A stretch of 64,000 bases of DNA from positions 45,381 to 109,380 of the forward strand of contig CACBEJ010000002.1 in NCBI GenBank assembly GCA_902538255.1, in the 5' to 3' direction. The notes beneath the pieces are model-generated. The model was given only the letters and a program-made list of their open reading frames with translations, was not told the DNA's origin and did no database searches. The position numbers and the translations under genes were made by a program. This stretch comes from an uncultured Pelagibacteraceae bacterium (GTDB taxonomy: Bacteria; Pseudomonadota; Alphaproteobacteria; Pelagibacterales; Pelagibacteraceae). Positions 54,898 through 64,000 of this stretch are shown one piece after another. Numbering within the stretch: position 1 is the first letter of the stretch; each line of letters opens with the position of its first letter.

Positions 54898-55936
54898 TTT
54901 AATTTTATACTCCGGTATTTTAATTTTTGGTTTAGCAGCGCCATTCCTTTTTCCAGCTTTTAAAGTTCAGTTATCAATACTATGTGTATTGATAGTTCTT
55001 GCCACTACTTGGAATATCCAAGGTGGTGAGATGGGTTATAATTCATTTGGAAATATTTTGTTCTATGGTCTTGGGATGTATCTTTGTGCATCGGTTCAAG
55101 TTGGAATGTTCTTTCCGTTAGCAGAATGGACAGAGAGTGGTGGTGAAAAAACATTTGTTCATACTCCTGCTCAATTTTTCCAGGGAATGGCGGTAGGGTT
55201 GATTGTTGCAGCTATAGTTCCAACCATTATTGCTGGTTTAATTGGATATTCAATTTTAGGTCTAAGAGGGCATTACTTTGCAATCTGTACATTGGGTTTA
55301 GGAGTTGCAGCAGGTGAAATTTCTGGAGGTATAGAAATTATTGGTGCAGGTCAAGGATTTACAACACCTCCATTTCCTGATGTTGGTAGTTTAGAAGCAA
55401 GAGGAGAGTTTTTTTATTTCTTAAGTTTCTTTACTTTAATTCTGACATTTATTGCAGTGCGTTCAATTTATTCAACGAGATTTAAATTAATACTTAATGC
55501 TATCAGAGACAATGAGGATAAAGCTGAAGCAATGGGTATTGAAACAATGAAATATAAAATTATTGGCTGGATGATCTCAGCTTTCTTTTGTGGATTGGCT
55601 GGTGGAATAATGGGTGGATTAGTTGGCTACATAGATTCTACAGACGTTGCTTTTGATGGAAGAGAGATGGGTGTATTCATGGTATTGATGGCAATACTTG
55701 GAGGAAAGGGAACACTTTGGGGTCCGATTATAGGTGCAACTATATTCCATATATTTAAAGAAGGTTTTTGGACGTTTTTTTTGGGTTGGCAGTATGTTGC
55801 GCTTGGAGTTTTGATTGTAGTAATTGTAATTTATTTCCCAGAGGGAATTATGGGATGGTTAAGAGAAAAATATCCAGAACGTTTCGGTGAAGTAGTTGAT
55901 GAAAAAGATCGTAAAGCACAAGTAGAACTTAAATGA
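54884..55936 (+). CDS. Branched-chain amino acid-type ABC permease (LivM-like)
   Basis: MGYNSFG, LRGHYFAICTL, AIRDNEDKAEAMG, ILGGKGTLWGP. Confidence 0.92.
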   Translation: MSKNNLILYSGILIFGLAAPFLFPAFKVQLSILCVLIVLATTWNIQGGEMGYNSFGNILFYGLGMYLCASVQVGMFFPLAEWTESGGEKTFVHTPAQFFQGMAVGLIVAAIVPTIIAGLIGYSILGLRGHYFAICTLGLGVAAGEISGGIEIIGAGQGFTTPPFPDVGSLEARGEFFYFLSFFTLILTFIAVRSIYSTRFKLILNAIRDNEDKAEAMGIETMKYKIIGWMISAFFCGLAGGIMGGLVGYIDSTDVAFDGREMGVFMVLMAILGGKGTLWGPIIGATIFHIFKEGFWTFFLGWQYVALGVLIVVIVIYFPEGIMGWLREKYPERFGEVVDEKDRKAQVELK

Positions 55937-56673
55937 GTATTTTAGAAGTAAGCAATGTGAGTAAATCATTTGGTGGTGTCAAAGCTAATGTCGACATCTC
56001 AATGAATGTTGAAAAAGGTAAGATAGTTGGATTAATTGGGCCAAATGGTTCAGGAAAAACTACATTGTTTAATTCAATTGTAGGGACTTACCCAATAGAT
56101 AATGGATCTATTAAATTTAATGGTAAAGAAGTTTCTGAGTTGCCAGTCCCAGTTATTGCTAAGTTAGGACTGCTAAGAACGTTTCAACAAACTAGAATTT
56201 ATGGAAAACTTAATTGCATAGAAAATATGCTGATTAGTCATAAAGGTAGTGATGTAAATTTAATGAAAATATTTTCTAAAATTCCAAAAGAATTGACTGA
56301 AAAAGCAGAAAATCTATTAAATTTTGTAGGATTATATCAAAAAAGAAAGCTAAGAGCAGGAGACCTATCTTTTGGTCAGCAAAAATTATTAGAATTGGCA
56401 ATGGCATTAATGAATGAACCAGAAATGTTACTGCTAGATGAGCCCACAGCTGGAATTAATCCAACTCTAATAAATGGTATTATTGATAGATTAATTAAAG
56501 TAAATCAAGATTTTGGAATAACACTTTTAGTGATTGAGCATAACATGAGAGTGATTATGCAATTAGCTGAAAATATTTTTTGTTTAGCTCATGGTAAAAT
56601 GTTGGCTAATGGATCACCAGATGAAATTAAAAATGATAAACGTGTTATTGATGCGTATTTAGGAGCACAATAA
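55933..56673 (+). CDS. ABC ATP-binding protein (LivG-like)
   Basis: GPNGSGKTT, RTFQ, LSFGQQK, IEHNM, V..AYLG. Confidence 0.93.
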   Translation: MSILEVSNVSKSFGGVKANVDISMNVEKGKIVGLIGPNGSGKTTLFNSIVGTYPIDNGSIKFNGKEVSELPVPVIAKLGLLRTFQQTRIYGKLNCIENMLISHKGSDVNLMKIFSKIPKELTEKAENLLNFVGLYQKRKLRAGDLSFGQQKLLELAMALMNEPEMLLLDEPTAGINPTLINGIIDRLIKVNQDFGITLLVIEHNMRVIMQLAENIFCLAHGKMLANGSPDEIKNDKRVIDAYLGAQ

Positions 56674-57458
56674 TGGCTAATCAATATGAAGTATTAGGAA
56701 AAGCTCCAACACCAGATGATTTAAAAAAATTATCTCCAAATGAAGTTCATTTAACTATTAAAAATTTAAACGCAGGTTATGGAAAAATGGAAATTTTGCA
56801 TAACTTTGATTTATTTGTGAATAAAGCCCAGTCTTTGTGTTTGATTGGTCCTAATGGTGCAGGCAAATCTACAATTCTTCATTCAATATATGGTTTTACA
56901 AATATTTTTTCTGGCCAAATTGAACTTGAAGGAAAAGAAATTACAAATCTTACCCCAGCAGAAAAGTTAAAGTCAGTTGGTATAGCTTATATATTGCAGG
57001 ATAACTCAGTATTTCCAGATATGACGGTAGAAGAAAATTTATTAATGGGAGGATACATAAAAGAAAAAACAGATGAGTCATTTGAAGAGGCTGAAAGAAT
57101 TTTTGAAAAGTATGAAAGGCTAAGAAATAGAAGAAACCAACCTGCAAAAGTTTTATCTGGAGGTGAAAGAAGATTACTAGAAATATCAAGAGCTTTAGTT
57201 ATGAAACCATCAGTACTTTTAGTAGATGAACCATCTATTGGACTTGAACCCAGATATATTGAAATGGTTTTTGAAATATTAAGAGATCTTCAGCAAAATG
57301 AAAAAAAAACAATCATTCTAGTTGAGCAAAATGCCAAAAAAGGATTAGAGTTTGCAGATATTGGATACGTTTTGGTATCTGGGCAAACTGCAATTGCAGG
57401 TAAAGGAGATGATTTACTTCAAAATCCTGATGTTGGTAGACTGTTCCTAGGTGGATGA
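56673..57458 (+). CDS. ABC ATP-binding protein (LivF-like)
   Basis: GPNGAGKST, LSGGERR, DEPSIGL, LVEQNA. Confidence 0.93.
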   Translation: MANQYEVLGKAPTPDDLKKLSPNEVHLTIKNLNAGYGKMEILHNFDLFVNKAQSLCLIGPNGAGKSTILHSIYGFTNIFSGQIELEGKEITNLTPAEKLKSVGIAYILQDNSVFPDMTVEENLLMGGYIKEKTDESFEEAERIFEKYERLRNRRNQPAKVLSGGERRLLEISRALVMKPSVLLVDEPSIGLEPRYIEMVFEILRDLQQNEKKTIILVEQNAKKGLEFADIGYVLVSGQTAIAGKGDDLLQNPDVGRLFLGG

Positions 57459-58162
57459 TGATTAAAAAAAATTTTTTCTTTAGAGGATATAGATCTATTT
57501 TTACTCATGATAGTCCAGCCATAGCTCTTACTTGTTGTTTTATAGCAATCGGAGCTCTATTTAAAAATTTAGGTTTTAATATTCAGGAAAGTATTTTTTC
57601 AACTGTTCTAACTTATGCTTTACCAGGCTCACTAGTAATGGCCGAGTCCATGTTAATCGGAGCATCTTTGTTAAATATTTTTTTGGCAGTATGGATTGTT
57701 AATGCAAGACTTTACCCTATGGCTGTATCTTTATTTCCGTTAATGATGCATAAAAGTCAACCTAAGTGGAAGTATTATTTTTCATGTCATTTCATTGCTA
57801 TTTCCGCATGGCTAATCATGAAAAGCAATTATAAAAACATTCCAAAAAAACATAGAATTGATTATTGGATTGGTATTGGAAGTGCAACAGTAAGTGTGTC
57901 AGTAATTGGAACATTTTTAGGTTTCTCTTTTTCAGAACATTTGAATAAAGATATGATGTTGGGTTTAGCAATTCTTAATCCTGTTTATTTTCTATGTATG
58001 ATGATTGGCGCATCAAAAACTATACCAGTAACTCTATCAGTTTTATTTGGAACTATATTGGGACCAATTATTTATTTACTCTCACCAGAGTGGTCAATTT
58101 TGATAGCAGGTATAATTGGTGGAACCTTAGCTTATCTAGTAGGAGAGCACAGTGTCAGCTAA
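57455..58162 (+). CDS. azlC: AzlC family branched-chain amino acid exporter, large subunit
   Basis: Hydrophobic; YALPG, VNARL motif; followed by an AzlD-size partner. Confidence 0.8.
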   Translation: MMIKKNFFFRGYRSIFTHDSPAIALTCCFIAIGALFKNLGFNIQESIFSTVLTYALPGSLVMAESMLIGASLLNIFLAVWIVNARLYPMAVSLFPLMMHKSQPKWKYYFSCHFIAISAWLIMKSNYKNIPKKHRIDYWIGIGSATVSVSVIGTFLGFSFSEHLNKDMMLGLAILNPVYFLCMMIGASKTIPVTLSVLFGTILGPIIYLLSPEWSILIAGIIGGTLAYLVGEHSVS

Positions 58163-58475
58163 TATTGTTTACGCAATCCTTGTTACGTCTTTAGCAACAT
58201 TTTTGTCTAGATTTTTGGGTGCTCTAACATCTGAGGGTATAAAAGAAACTTCCAAGCTTTTTAAGTGGTTTAATTGTTTAGCCTATGCAACCTTGGCAGC
58301 ACTAATAGCTAGAACTATAATTTTTCCTGCTGGTGTTTTGGTAGATGCTAGTTATTACAGTAGATCAATTGTTGTGTTTTTGTCCTTGTTTGTTTTTTTT
58401 ATTTCTAAGAAAAACTTTGTTTATCCAACAATTTTCTCAGCTATTTGTATGGCAATAATTAACAATTATATCTGA
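58152..58475 (+). CDS. azlD: AzlD family small membrane protein
   Basis: 107 aa, ATFLSRFLG, AYATLAAL; GTG start with SD AGGAG. Confidence 0.75.
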   Translation: MSANIVYAILVTSLATFLSRFLGALTSEGIKETSKLFKWFNCLAYATLAALIARTIIFPAGVLVDASYYSRSIVVFLSLFVFFISKKNFVYPTIFSAICMAIINNYI

Positions 58476-58514
58476 TTAAATTGATTAATAAAATAAGGTA
58501 AAATAAAATTTGGA

Positions 58515-59426
58515 ATGCAAAAAATTACAGGTATAGACATTCAAAAACACAATAAATCAAATAGGATTATAAAAATTAGTTTAGAGAATGACATAATAGA
58601 TAAATTAATTTTCCCTTTTAATAAATTTGATTTAACAGCATTAGAGTTAAAACCATTTACAAGATTTACTTTAGCCAAAAGTTTAGATGATTTAACAAAT
58701 AATAAATTAAGCGAATTAATGAACTCAATTATTAGAGATAGATCTACAGGTTGCTTTATTATTGGACCAAAAAATATAACCGCAAAAATTAATGATACAT
58801 TTTTAGTTAAATTATCAACTGCAATAGCTCATCTAATTGGTGTACCTAACCATGATGCCATGGCAGGAAAATATTATGCTCGTTTTCATGTTAAGCATGA
58901 AGATACTAGCGACTCTTACTTAAGAAAGGCTTATAGGAATATGGATCTTCATACAGATGGGACATATGTGAAAGATGTAACCGATTGGTTAATTATGACA
59001 AAAATTGATGAGCAAAATGTTGAAGGTGGTGAAACAGCTATGTTACACCTTGATGACTGGGAGCATTGTGATGATTTATATAATGATCCAGTTGGGAGAC
59101 AAAATTTTGTTTGGGGGTCACCAAAAAGTAAAAATATTGATTACAAGGTAGAGCACCCAGTCTTTTCGACTGATAAAGAGGGAAGACCAACTATATCTTA
59201 TATAGATCAATTTCCAGAACCTCAAAATATGGATCAAGGAAATTTTTTACAAAGATTGTCTGATGGATTAGAGGAAAGTAAAAATAAAATAATTACAAAA
59301 TTACCTATTGGATTCTCTGTGATTGCAAATAATTATTTCTGGCTTCATGGAAGAAAACCTTTTAAAGAAAACAAGGAATTAAGCAGAGAATTACTAAGAA
59401 TTAGAGGTTCTTTTTTTGTTAATTAA
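58515..59426 (+). CDS. glaH: Glutarate 2-hydroxylase (Fe/2-oxoglutarate dioxygenase, CsiD)
   Basis: KPFTRF, GKYYARF, SDSYLR, LHTDGTY (HxD), LHLDDW, N.FWLHGR, RELLRIRG. Confidence 0.92.
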   Translation: MQKITGIDIQKHNKSNRIIKISLENDIIDKLIFPFNKFDLTALELKPFTRFTLAKSLDDLTNNKLSELMNSIIRDRSTGCFIIGPKNITAKINDTFLVKLSTAIAHLIGVPNHDAMAGKYYARFHVKHEDTSDSYLRKAYRNMDLHTDGTYVKDVTDWLIMTKIDEQNVEGGETAMLHLDDWEHCDDLYNDPVGRQNFVWGSPKSKNIDYKVEHPVFSTDKEGRPTISYIDQFPEPQNMDQGNFLQRLSDGLEESKNKIITKLPIGFSVIANNYFWLHGRKPFKENKELSRELLRIRGSFFVN

Positions 59427-59458
59427 TTCAATATAATCAATATAAAGTATCCAAAATT

Positions 59459-60226
59459 ATGAATTTAGGTTTTATTGGTACTGGAAAAATTGCAGCTTCA
59501 GTAATTACTGGAATATGTAAATCAAAAATTTCCTATAAGAAAATTATTATTTCTCCAAGAAATAAAAAAATAGCTCTTAGGTTAAAAAGAAAGTTTAAAA
59601 AAATAATTATTGCCAAGGATAATCAACAAATTTTAGATCAATCTAATTGGGTATTTTTATCCGTTACACCTACTGTTGGTGAAAAAATTATTAAAGATTT
59701 AAAATTTAAATCGACCCAAACAGTTGTTAGTTTTATTTCAACAATTACTTTATTTCAATTAAAGAAAGCAATTAAAGTAAAAGCAAAAATTGTAAGAGCA
59801 ATACCTCTACCTCCAATTTCATTAAAGAGAGGTCCAGTGCCTATTTGCCCTCCCAATTCAAAAGTTAAAGCATTTTTTAATAATTTGGGCACAACTGTAG
59901 AAATTAAAAACGAAAAATCATCTATAAATTTTTGGTCAACATCTGGCATGATGGCACCTTTTTATGAGATGTTGAGAGTAATGACTGATTGGTTGGTAAA
60001 AAGAGGAGTAAAAAGAAATAATGCTCAAAAATATATTACTTCTTTATTTTTAGCTTTATCTGAAGATGCTGTAGTAAATTCAAAAGAAAATTTAAAGAAT
60101 TTAGTAAAAGAGTCTCAAACCCCAAAAGGGTTAAATGAACAAGGTGTGAAAGAATTAACTAAAGCTGGATTTTATAGATCTCTAGAAAAAACATTAAATA
60201 GCATTCACAGAAGACTTAACAAATAA
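59459..60226 (+). CDS. Pyrroline-5-carboxylate reductase-like NAD(P)-dependent oxidoreductase (atypical)
   Basis: GFIGTGKIA Rossmann motif, FLSVTP, RAIPLP, QTPKGLNEQ; canonical ProC motifs altered. Confidence 0.8.
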   Translation: MNLGFIGTGKIAASVITGICKSKISYKKIIISPRNKKIALRLKRKFKKIIIAKDNQQILDQSNWVFLSVTPTVGEKIIKDLKFKSTQTVVSFISTITLFQLKKAIKVKAKIVRAIPLPPISLKRGPVPICPPNSKVKAFFNNLGTTVEIKNEKSSINFWSTSGMMAPFYEMLRVMTDWLVKRGVKRNNAQKYITSLFLALSEDAVVNSKENLKNLVKESQTPKGLNEQGVKELTKAGFYRSLEKTLNSIHRRLNK

Positions 60227-60231
60227 ATCAA

Positions 60232-61020
60232 ATGTCTGAAAATATTTTAGAGATTAATAATTTAAGTAAATATTTTGGTGGATTAGCTGCAGTTTCAGAT
60301 TGTTCAATAAAAGTTAAAAGAGGAACTATCACTGGTATCATTGGGCCAAATGGATCTGGTAAAACAACTTTATTTAATTTAATTGCTGGAAACCTAAAAT
60401 CCTCTGGTGGCAATGTTGTCTTTGATGATGAAAATATTACTGATGTTCCATCTTATGAATTATTTTCTAAAGGGTTGTTAAGAACATTTCAAATTGCACA
60501 TGAGTTTTCAAATTTATCTGTTTTAGAAAATTTAATGATGGTTCCAGGAAATCAATCTGGAGAAAAAATAATGACAGCATTATTTAAACCAGGTTTAGTT
60601 GCACAAGAAGAGGCTGTGGTTAAAGAGAAAGCGAAAGAAGTTGTTGAATTTTTAAATTTAGGACATTTATCAAATGAGCTCGCTGGAAATCTTTCAGGTG
60701 GACAAAAGAAATTATTAGAACTTGGAAGAACCATGATGGTTGATGCAAAATTAGTATTATTAGATGAAGTAGGGGCTGGAGTTAACAGGACTTTGTTAAA
60801 AGATCTTGGAACTGCAATAGAAAAGTTAAATAAAGAAAAAGGTTATACTTTTTGTATGATTGAACATGATATGGATTTTATTGGAAGATTGTGTGATCCA
60901 GTGATTGTTATGGCTGAGGGGTCAGTATTATTTGAAGGAAGTGTTGAAGAAGCAAAAAAAGATGAGAAAGTTATCGAAAGCTATCTTGGAAGAGGATCAA
61001 AATTAAAGGATACAAACTAA
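60232..61020 (+). CDS. ABC ATP-binding protein (LivG-like), second system
   Basis: FGGLAAV, GPNGSGKTT, LSGGQKK, IEHDMD, VIESYLG. Confidence 0.93.
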   Translation: MSENILEINNLSKYFGGLAAVSDCSIKVKRGTITGIIGPNGSGKTTLFNLIAGNLKSSGGNVVFDDENITDVPSYELFSKGLLRTFQIAHEFSNLSVLENLMMVPGNQSGEKIMTALFKPGLVAQEEAVVKEKAKEVVEFLNLGHLSNELAGNLSGGQKKLLELGRTMMVDAKLVLLDEVGAGVNRTLLKDLGTAIEKLNKEKGYTFCMIEHDMDFIGRLCDPVIVMAEGSVLFEGSVEEAKKDEKVIESYLGRGSKLKDTN

Positions 61021-61727
61021 TGGCATATTTTGAAGGAATAGAAATGACAGGTGGTTATGGTAATGGTCCTGACATTATTAGTTCGTGTTCAGTAAATGTA
61101 AATAAGGGTGAAATAGTTTCTATTTTAGGTCCTAATGGAGCTGGCAAATCAACTGCCATGAAAGCAATGTTGGGCTTGTTGAATTTAAAGTCTGGATCAG
61201 TAAAGATTGATGGTAAAGATATTTCAAAATTATCTCCTCAAGATCGAGTTAAGCAAGGTATTTCTTTTGTGCCACAGACTAAAAATGTTTTTGCAGGGAT
61301 GACTGTTGAAGAAAATTTAGAAATGGGTGCATTTCTTGTAGAGGATGAAATCAAAAATATAATTGAGGAAATTTATGAATTATTTCCAATTTTAAGAGAG
61401 AAAAGAAATCAGTTGGTTGGTGAACTTTCTGGAGGTCAAAGACAACAAGTAGCTCTAGGTCGAGCTTTAATGATTAAACCCACTGTTTTAATGTTAGACG
61501 AGCCAACTGCCGGTGTATCGCCAATTGTGATGGACGAATTATTTGATCATATTGTAAAAGTAAAAAGAACAAACGTTGCAATCTTAATGGTAGAACAAAA
61601 TGCAAAACAAGCCTTAAGCATTTCAGATAGAGGCTACGTGCTAGTTACTGGAGAAAATCGTTATTCAGGAACTGGAAAAGAATTATTAGACGATCCAAGA
61701 GTAAGAAGCTCTTTTTTGGGAGGGTAA
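61020..61727 (+). CDS. ABC ATP-binding protein (LivF-like), second system
   Basis: GPNGAGKST, LSGGQRQ, LDEPTAG, VEQNA. Confidence 0.93.
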   Translation: MAYFEGIEMTGGYGNGPDIISSCSVNVNKGEIVSILGPNGAGKSTAMKAMLGLLNLKSGSVKIDGKDISKLSPQDRVKQGISFVPQTKNVFAGMTVEENLEMGAFLVEDEIKNIIEEIYELFPILREKRNQLVGELSGGQRQQVALGRALMIKPTVLMLDEPTAGVSPIVMDELFDHIVKVKRTNVAILMVEQNAKQALSISDRGYVLVTGENRYSGTGKELLDDPRVRSSFLGG

Positions 61728-61728
61728 T

Positions 61729-62739
61729 ATGGATTTTGTAAATGCAATAATTCTTTTATTAAATTATATATTTATTCCTGCATTAACTTATGGTTCTCAG
61801 TTAGCATTAGGTGCAATATTTGTAACATTAATCTATGGAATTTTAAGATTTGCAAACTTTGCGACTGGTGACATGATGTCTTTTGGAACCATGATGACAA
61901 TATTGTTTACATGGTATTTTCAATCTTTAGGTGTTTCTTTAGGTGTTTTACCTACTGCTTTATTGGCTATTCCATTTGGAATAATTTTCATGATTTTTTA
62001 CATGCTTTTAATAGATAAGTTTGTCTTTAAGTATTATAGAAATCAAAAAAGCCCCCCAGTTCAATTTGCAATGGTGAGTATTGGAGTAATGTTTGTAACA
62101 CAAGCAGTGGTAAGAATTATTATTGGACCTGGTGACAGAAGATTTTTTGATGGTGAAAAATTTATTATTAAAGCTCGTGAATTTAAGGAGATGACAGGTT
62201 TAAATGAAGGTCTTGCATTGAAATCAACTCAAGTGATAACCATTTTTGTAACAATAGTTTTAGTCTCTTTATTGTTTTGGTTTTTAAATAGAACAAAAAC
62301 TGGAAAAAGTATGAAAGCTTATTCTGATAATGAAGATCTTGCTTTGTTGTCAGGTATTGATCCAAAAAAAATAGTTTTAGTTACTTGGGTTATTGCTGGA
62401 ATTTTAGCTACAATAGGCGGTGCTTTGTACGGTTTGGATAAAAGTTTTAAACCATTTACTTATTTTAATAACATGCTTCCTATTTTTGCTGCTGCAATTG
62501 TTGGAGGAATTGGAAATCCATTTGGAGCTTTTTTAGGTGGATATGTAATTGCTTTTTCTGAAATATTGCTCACTTACGCATATAAAAAATTCTTTATGTA
62601 TATTTTACCAGAAAGTATGGAGCCAAGTAGTTTGGTTCAGTTATTATCCACAGATTATAAGTTTGCAGTCTCGTTTTCTATTCTTGTAATTGTTTTAATT
62701 TATCGACCTTCAGGAATATTTAAGGGGAAAGTATTGTGA
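61729..62739 (+). CDS. ABC permease (LivH-like), second system
   Basis: YGILRFANFATG, TGKSMKAYSDNEDLALLSGID, AAIVGGIGNP. Confidence 0.92.
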   Translation: MDFVNAIILLLNYIFIPALTYGSQLALGAIFVTLIYGILRFANFATGDMMSFGTMMTILFTWYFQSLGVSLGVLPTALLAIPFGIIFMIFYMLLIDKFVFKYYRNQKSPPVQFAMVSIGVMFVTQAVVRIIIGPGDRRFFDGEKFIIKAREFKEMTGLNEGLALKSTQVITIFVTIVLVSLLFWFLNRTKTGKSMKAYSDNEDLALLSGIDPKKIVLVTWVIAGILATIGGALYGLDKSFKPFTYFNNMLPIFAAAIVGGIGNPFGAFLGGYVIAFSEILLTYAYKKFFMYILPESMEPSSLVQLLSTDYKFAVSFSILVIVLIYRPSGIFKGKVL

Positions 62740-64000
62740 GAAAAAACCTAAATGTAATTGCAGCATACAGTGTCATGATGGTACTCATTCTGATGGTTGG
62801 TATATTTCAGTCTTGGAACATAGCGTTATCAATATTTAATCTTTGTTTAATTTCTGCAGTTATGACAATGGGTGCGAATATTCAATGGGGATATGCTGGT
62901 TTAATTAATTTTGGAATTATGGGTTATACAGCTTTAGGTGGATTAGCTGCGGTATTAATATCTGTAGATCCTGTCCAAGAAGCTTGGAGGGCTGGAGGTT
63001 TCGACATTATAATGTCGTTGTGGCTGATAGTAGTAATGGTATTAGTTATACGCTTTGTTTTAAAAAGATTTGAAAAATCAAATATAAGAACGTACAGCAT
63101 TGCTGCAATAATAATTTCAGGTATTTTACTTATCAGATTTTCTGCAGAGCCAGGCATAGAGGCAATTGAAGCAGTAGATCCAGCTAAAACTGGTTTCTTA
63201 GGAGGATTTGGATTACCAATTATATTTTCATGGATAGTAGGAGCACTTTTTGCTGGTGGTTTAGCTTTTATAGTTGGAAAAGTTGCGCTTGGTCTTAGAG
63301 CAGATTATTTAGCTATCGCAACACTTCTTATTTCTGAAATTGTTATTGCAATTATTAAACATGAAGACTGGCTTACAAGAGGAGTCAAAAATGTTATTGG
63401 CTTAAAAAGACCTGCACCTTATGAAGTAGATCTTCAAACAACTGATTGGTTTATTAAATTAGTTGAAAAGTTTAATTCAGGAAAATTAAGTGTAATTGAG
63501 AATTTAGCTGATAGACAAGCTGCTTTAAATCAACTTGTTATTGAAGGCTCTTCAGTATTTGTAAAACTGTGTTATTCAGGATTATTTTTAGTAGTAGTAA
63601 TCATTCTTTTAATTTTAACTCAAAAGGCTCTTTATTCTCCATGGGGAAGAATGATGAGGGCAATTAGAGACAATGAGGAAGCTGCAAATGCAATGGGTAA
63701 AAATGTTGTTAAACAACATTTACTAATTTTTATTTTAGGCTCAGCAATTGTTGGAATTGCGGGTGCAATGCTTGTTACACAAGATGGTTTATTTACACCG
63801 GGAAGTTATAGACCTATGAGATATACGTTTTTGATTTGGGTGATGGTAATTGTTGGAGGAAGTGGAAATAATTTTGGAGCAATTTTAGGAGGATTTGTTG
63901 TTTGGTTTTTATGGATAGAAGCTGCACCAATATCATTATTCTTAATAAACTTTTTCACTGCGGGAATTCCTGAAACAAATGCACTTAAAGCTCATTTAAT
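62736..64000 (+). CDS. ABC permease (LivM-like), second system, truncated by window end
   Basis: GTG start coupled to the previous stop; NIQWGYAGLINFG, LRADYLAIATL, SPWGRMMRAIRDNE, IVGGSGNN; absent from the ORF track because it has no stop in the window. Confidence 0.9.
   Translation, partial: MRKNLNVIAAYSVMMVLILMVGIFQSWNIALSIFNLCLISAVMTMGANIQWGYAGLINFGIMGYTALGGLAAVLISVDPVQEAWRAGGFDIIMSLWLIVVMVLVIRFVLKRFEKSNIRTYSIAAIIISGILLIRFSAEPGIEAIEAVDPAKTGFLGGFGLPIIFSWIVGALFAGGLAFIVGKVALGLRADYLAIATLLISEIVIAIIKHEDWLTRGVKNVIGLKRPAPYEVDLQTTDWFIKLVEKFNSGKLSVIENLADRQAALNQLVIEGSSVFVKLCYSGLFLVVVIILLILTQKALYSPWGRMMRAIRDNEEAANAMGKNVVKQHLLIFILGSAIVGIAGAMLVTQDGLFTPGSYRPMRYTFLIWVMVIVGGSGNNFGAILGGFVVWFLWIEAAPISLFLINFFTAGIPETNALKAHL

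Overview
Very AT-rich, gene-dense alphaproteobacterial chromosome segment. The tiny intergenic spacers, the permuted two-piece tmRNA (tag ANESYALAA), thyX, ppdK and the gene order all point to a SAR11/Pelagibacter-like genome (inference). Most of the window is core housekeeping: folP-glmM-thiD-purA, rpoH, rluD, tRNA-Arg(UCG), sua5, xseB-ispA-dxs, aroC, pdxH, ispB, S49 peptidase-glyQS-ppdK, ssrA, thyX, mrp, hflKC-degP-miaA, ilvIHC and leuA-mreBCD-mrdA-rodA. A transport/catabolism region follows, with a peptide ABC system, a DadA-like oxidoreductase, an HDAC, msrB, grxC, LysE, two LIV-type ABC systems, azlCD, glaH/csiD and an atypical ProC. Main points of interest: (1) a one-gene islet (secreted protein with a C-terminal SHOCT-like tail) bounded by the tmRNA gene and a decayed copy of the tmRNA coding-piece 3' end, with matching 11-bp-spaced YYCGAA repeats at both ends; (2) a hairpin upstream of lysE/rhtB whose loop is the exact antisense of an SD+AUG, defining a 13-codon sORF on the other strand; (3) a translationally coupled 60-aa His-rich protein inside a LIV ABC operon; (4) tRNA-Arg with the uncommon UCG anticodon; (5) an Mrp without the CxxC motif and a non-canonical ProC next to glaH. 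No CRISPR array, integrase, transposase or rRNA was seen.
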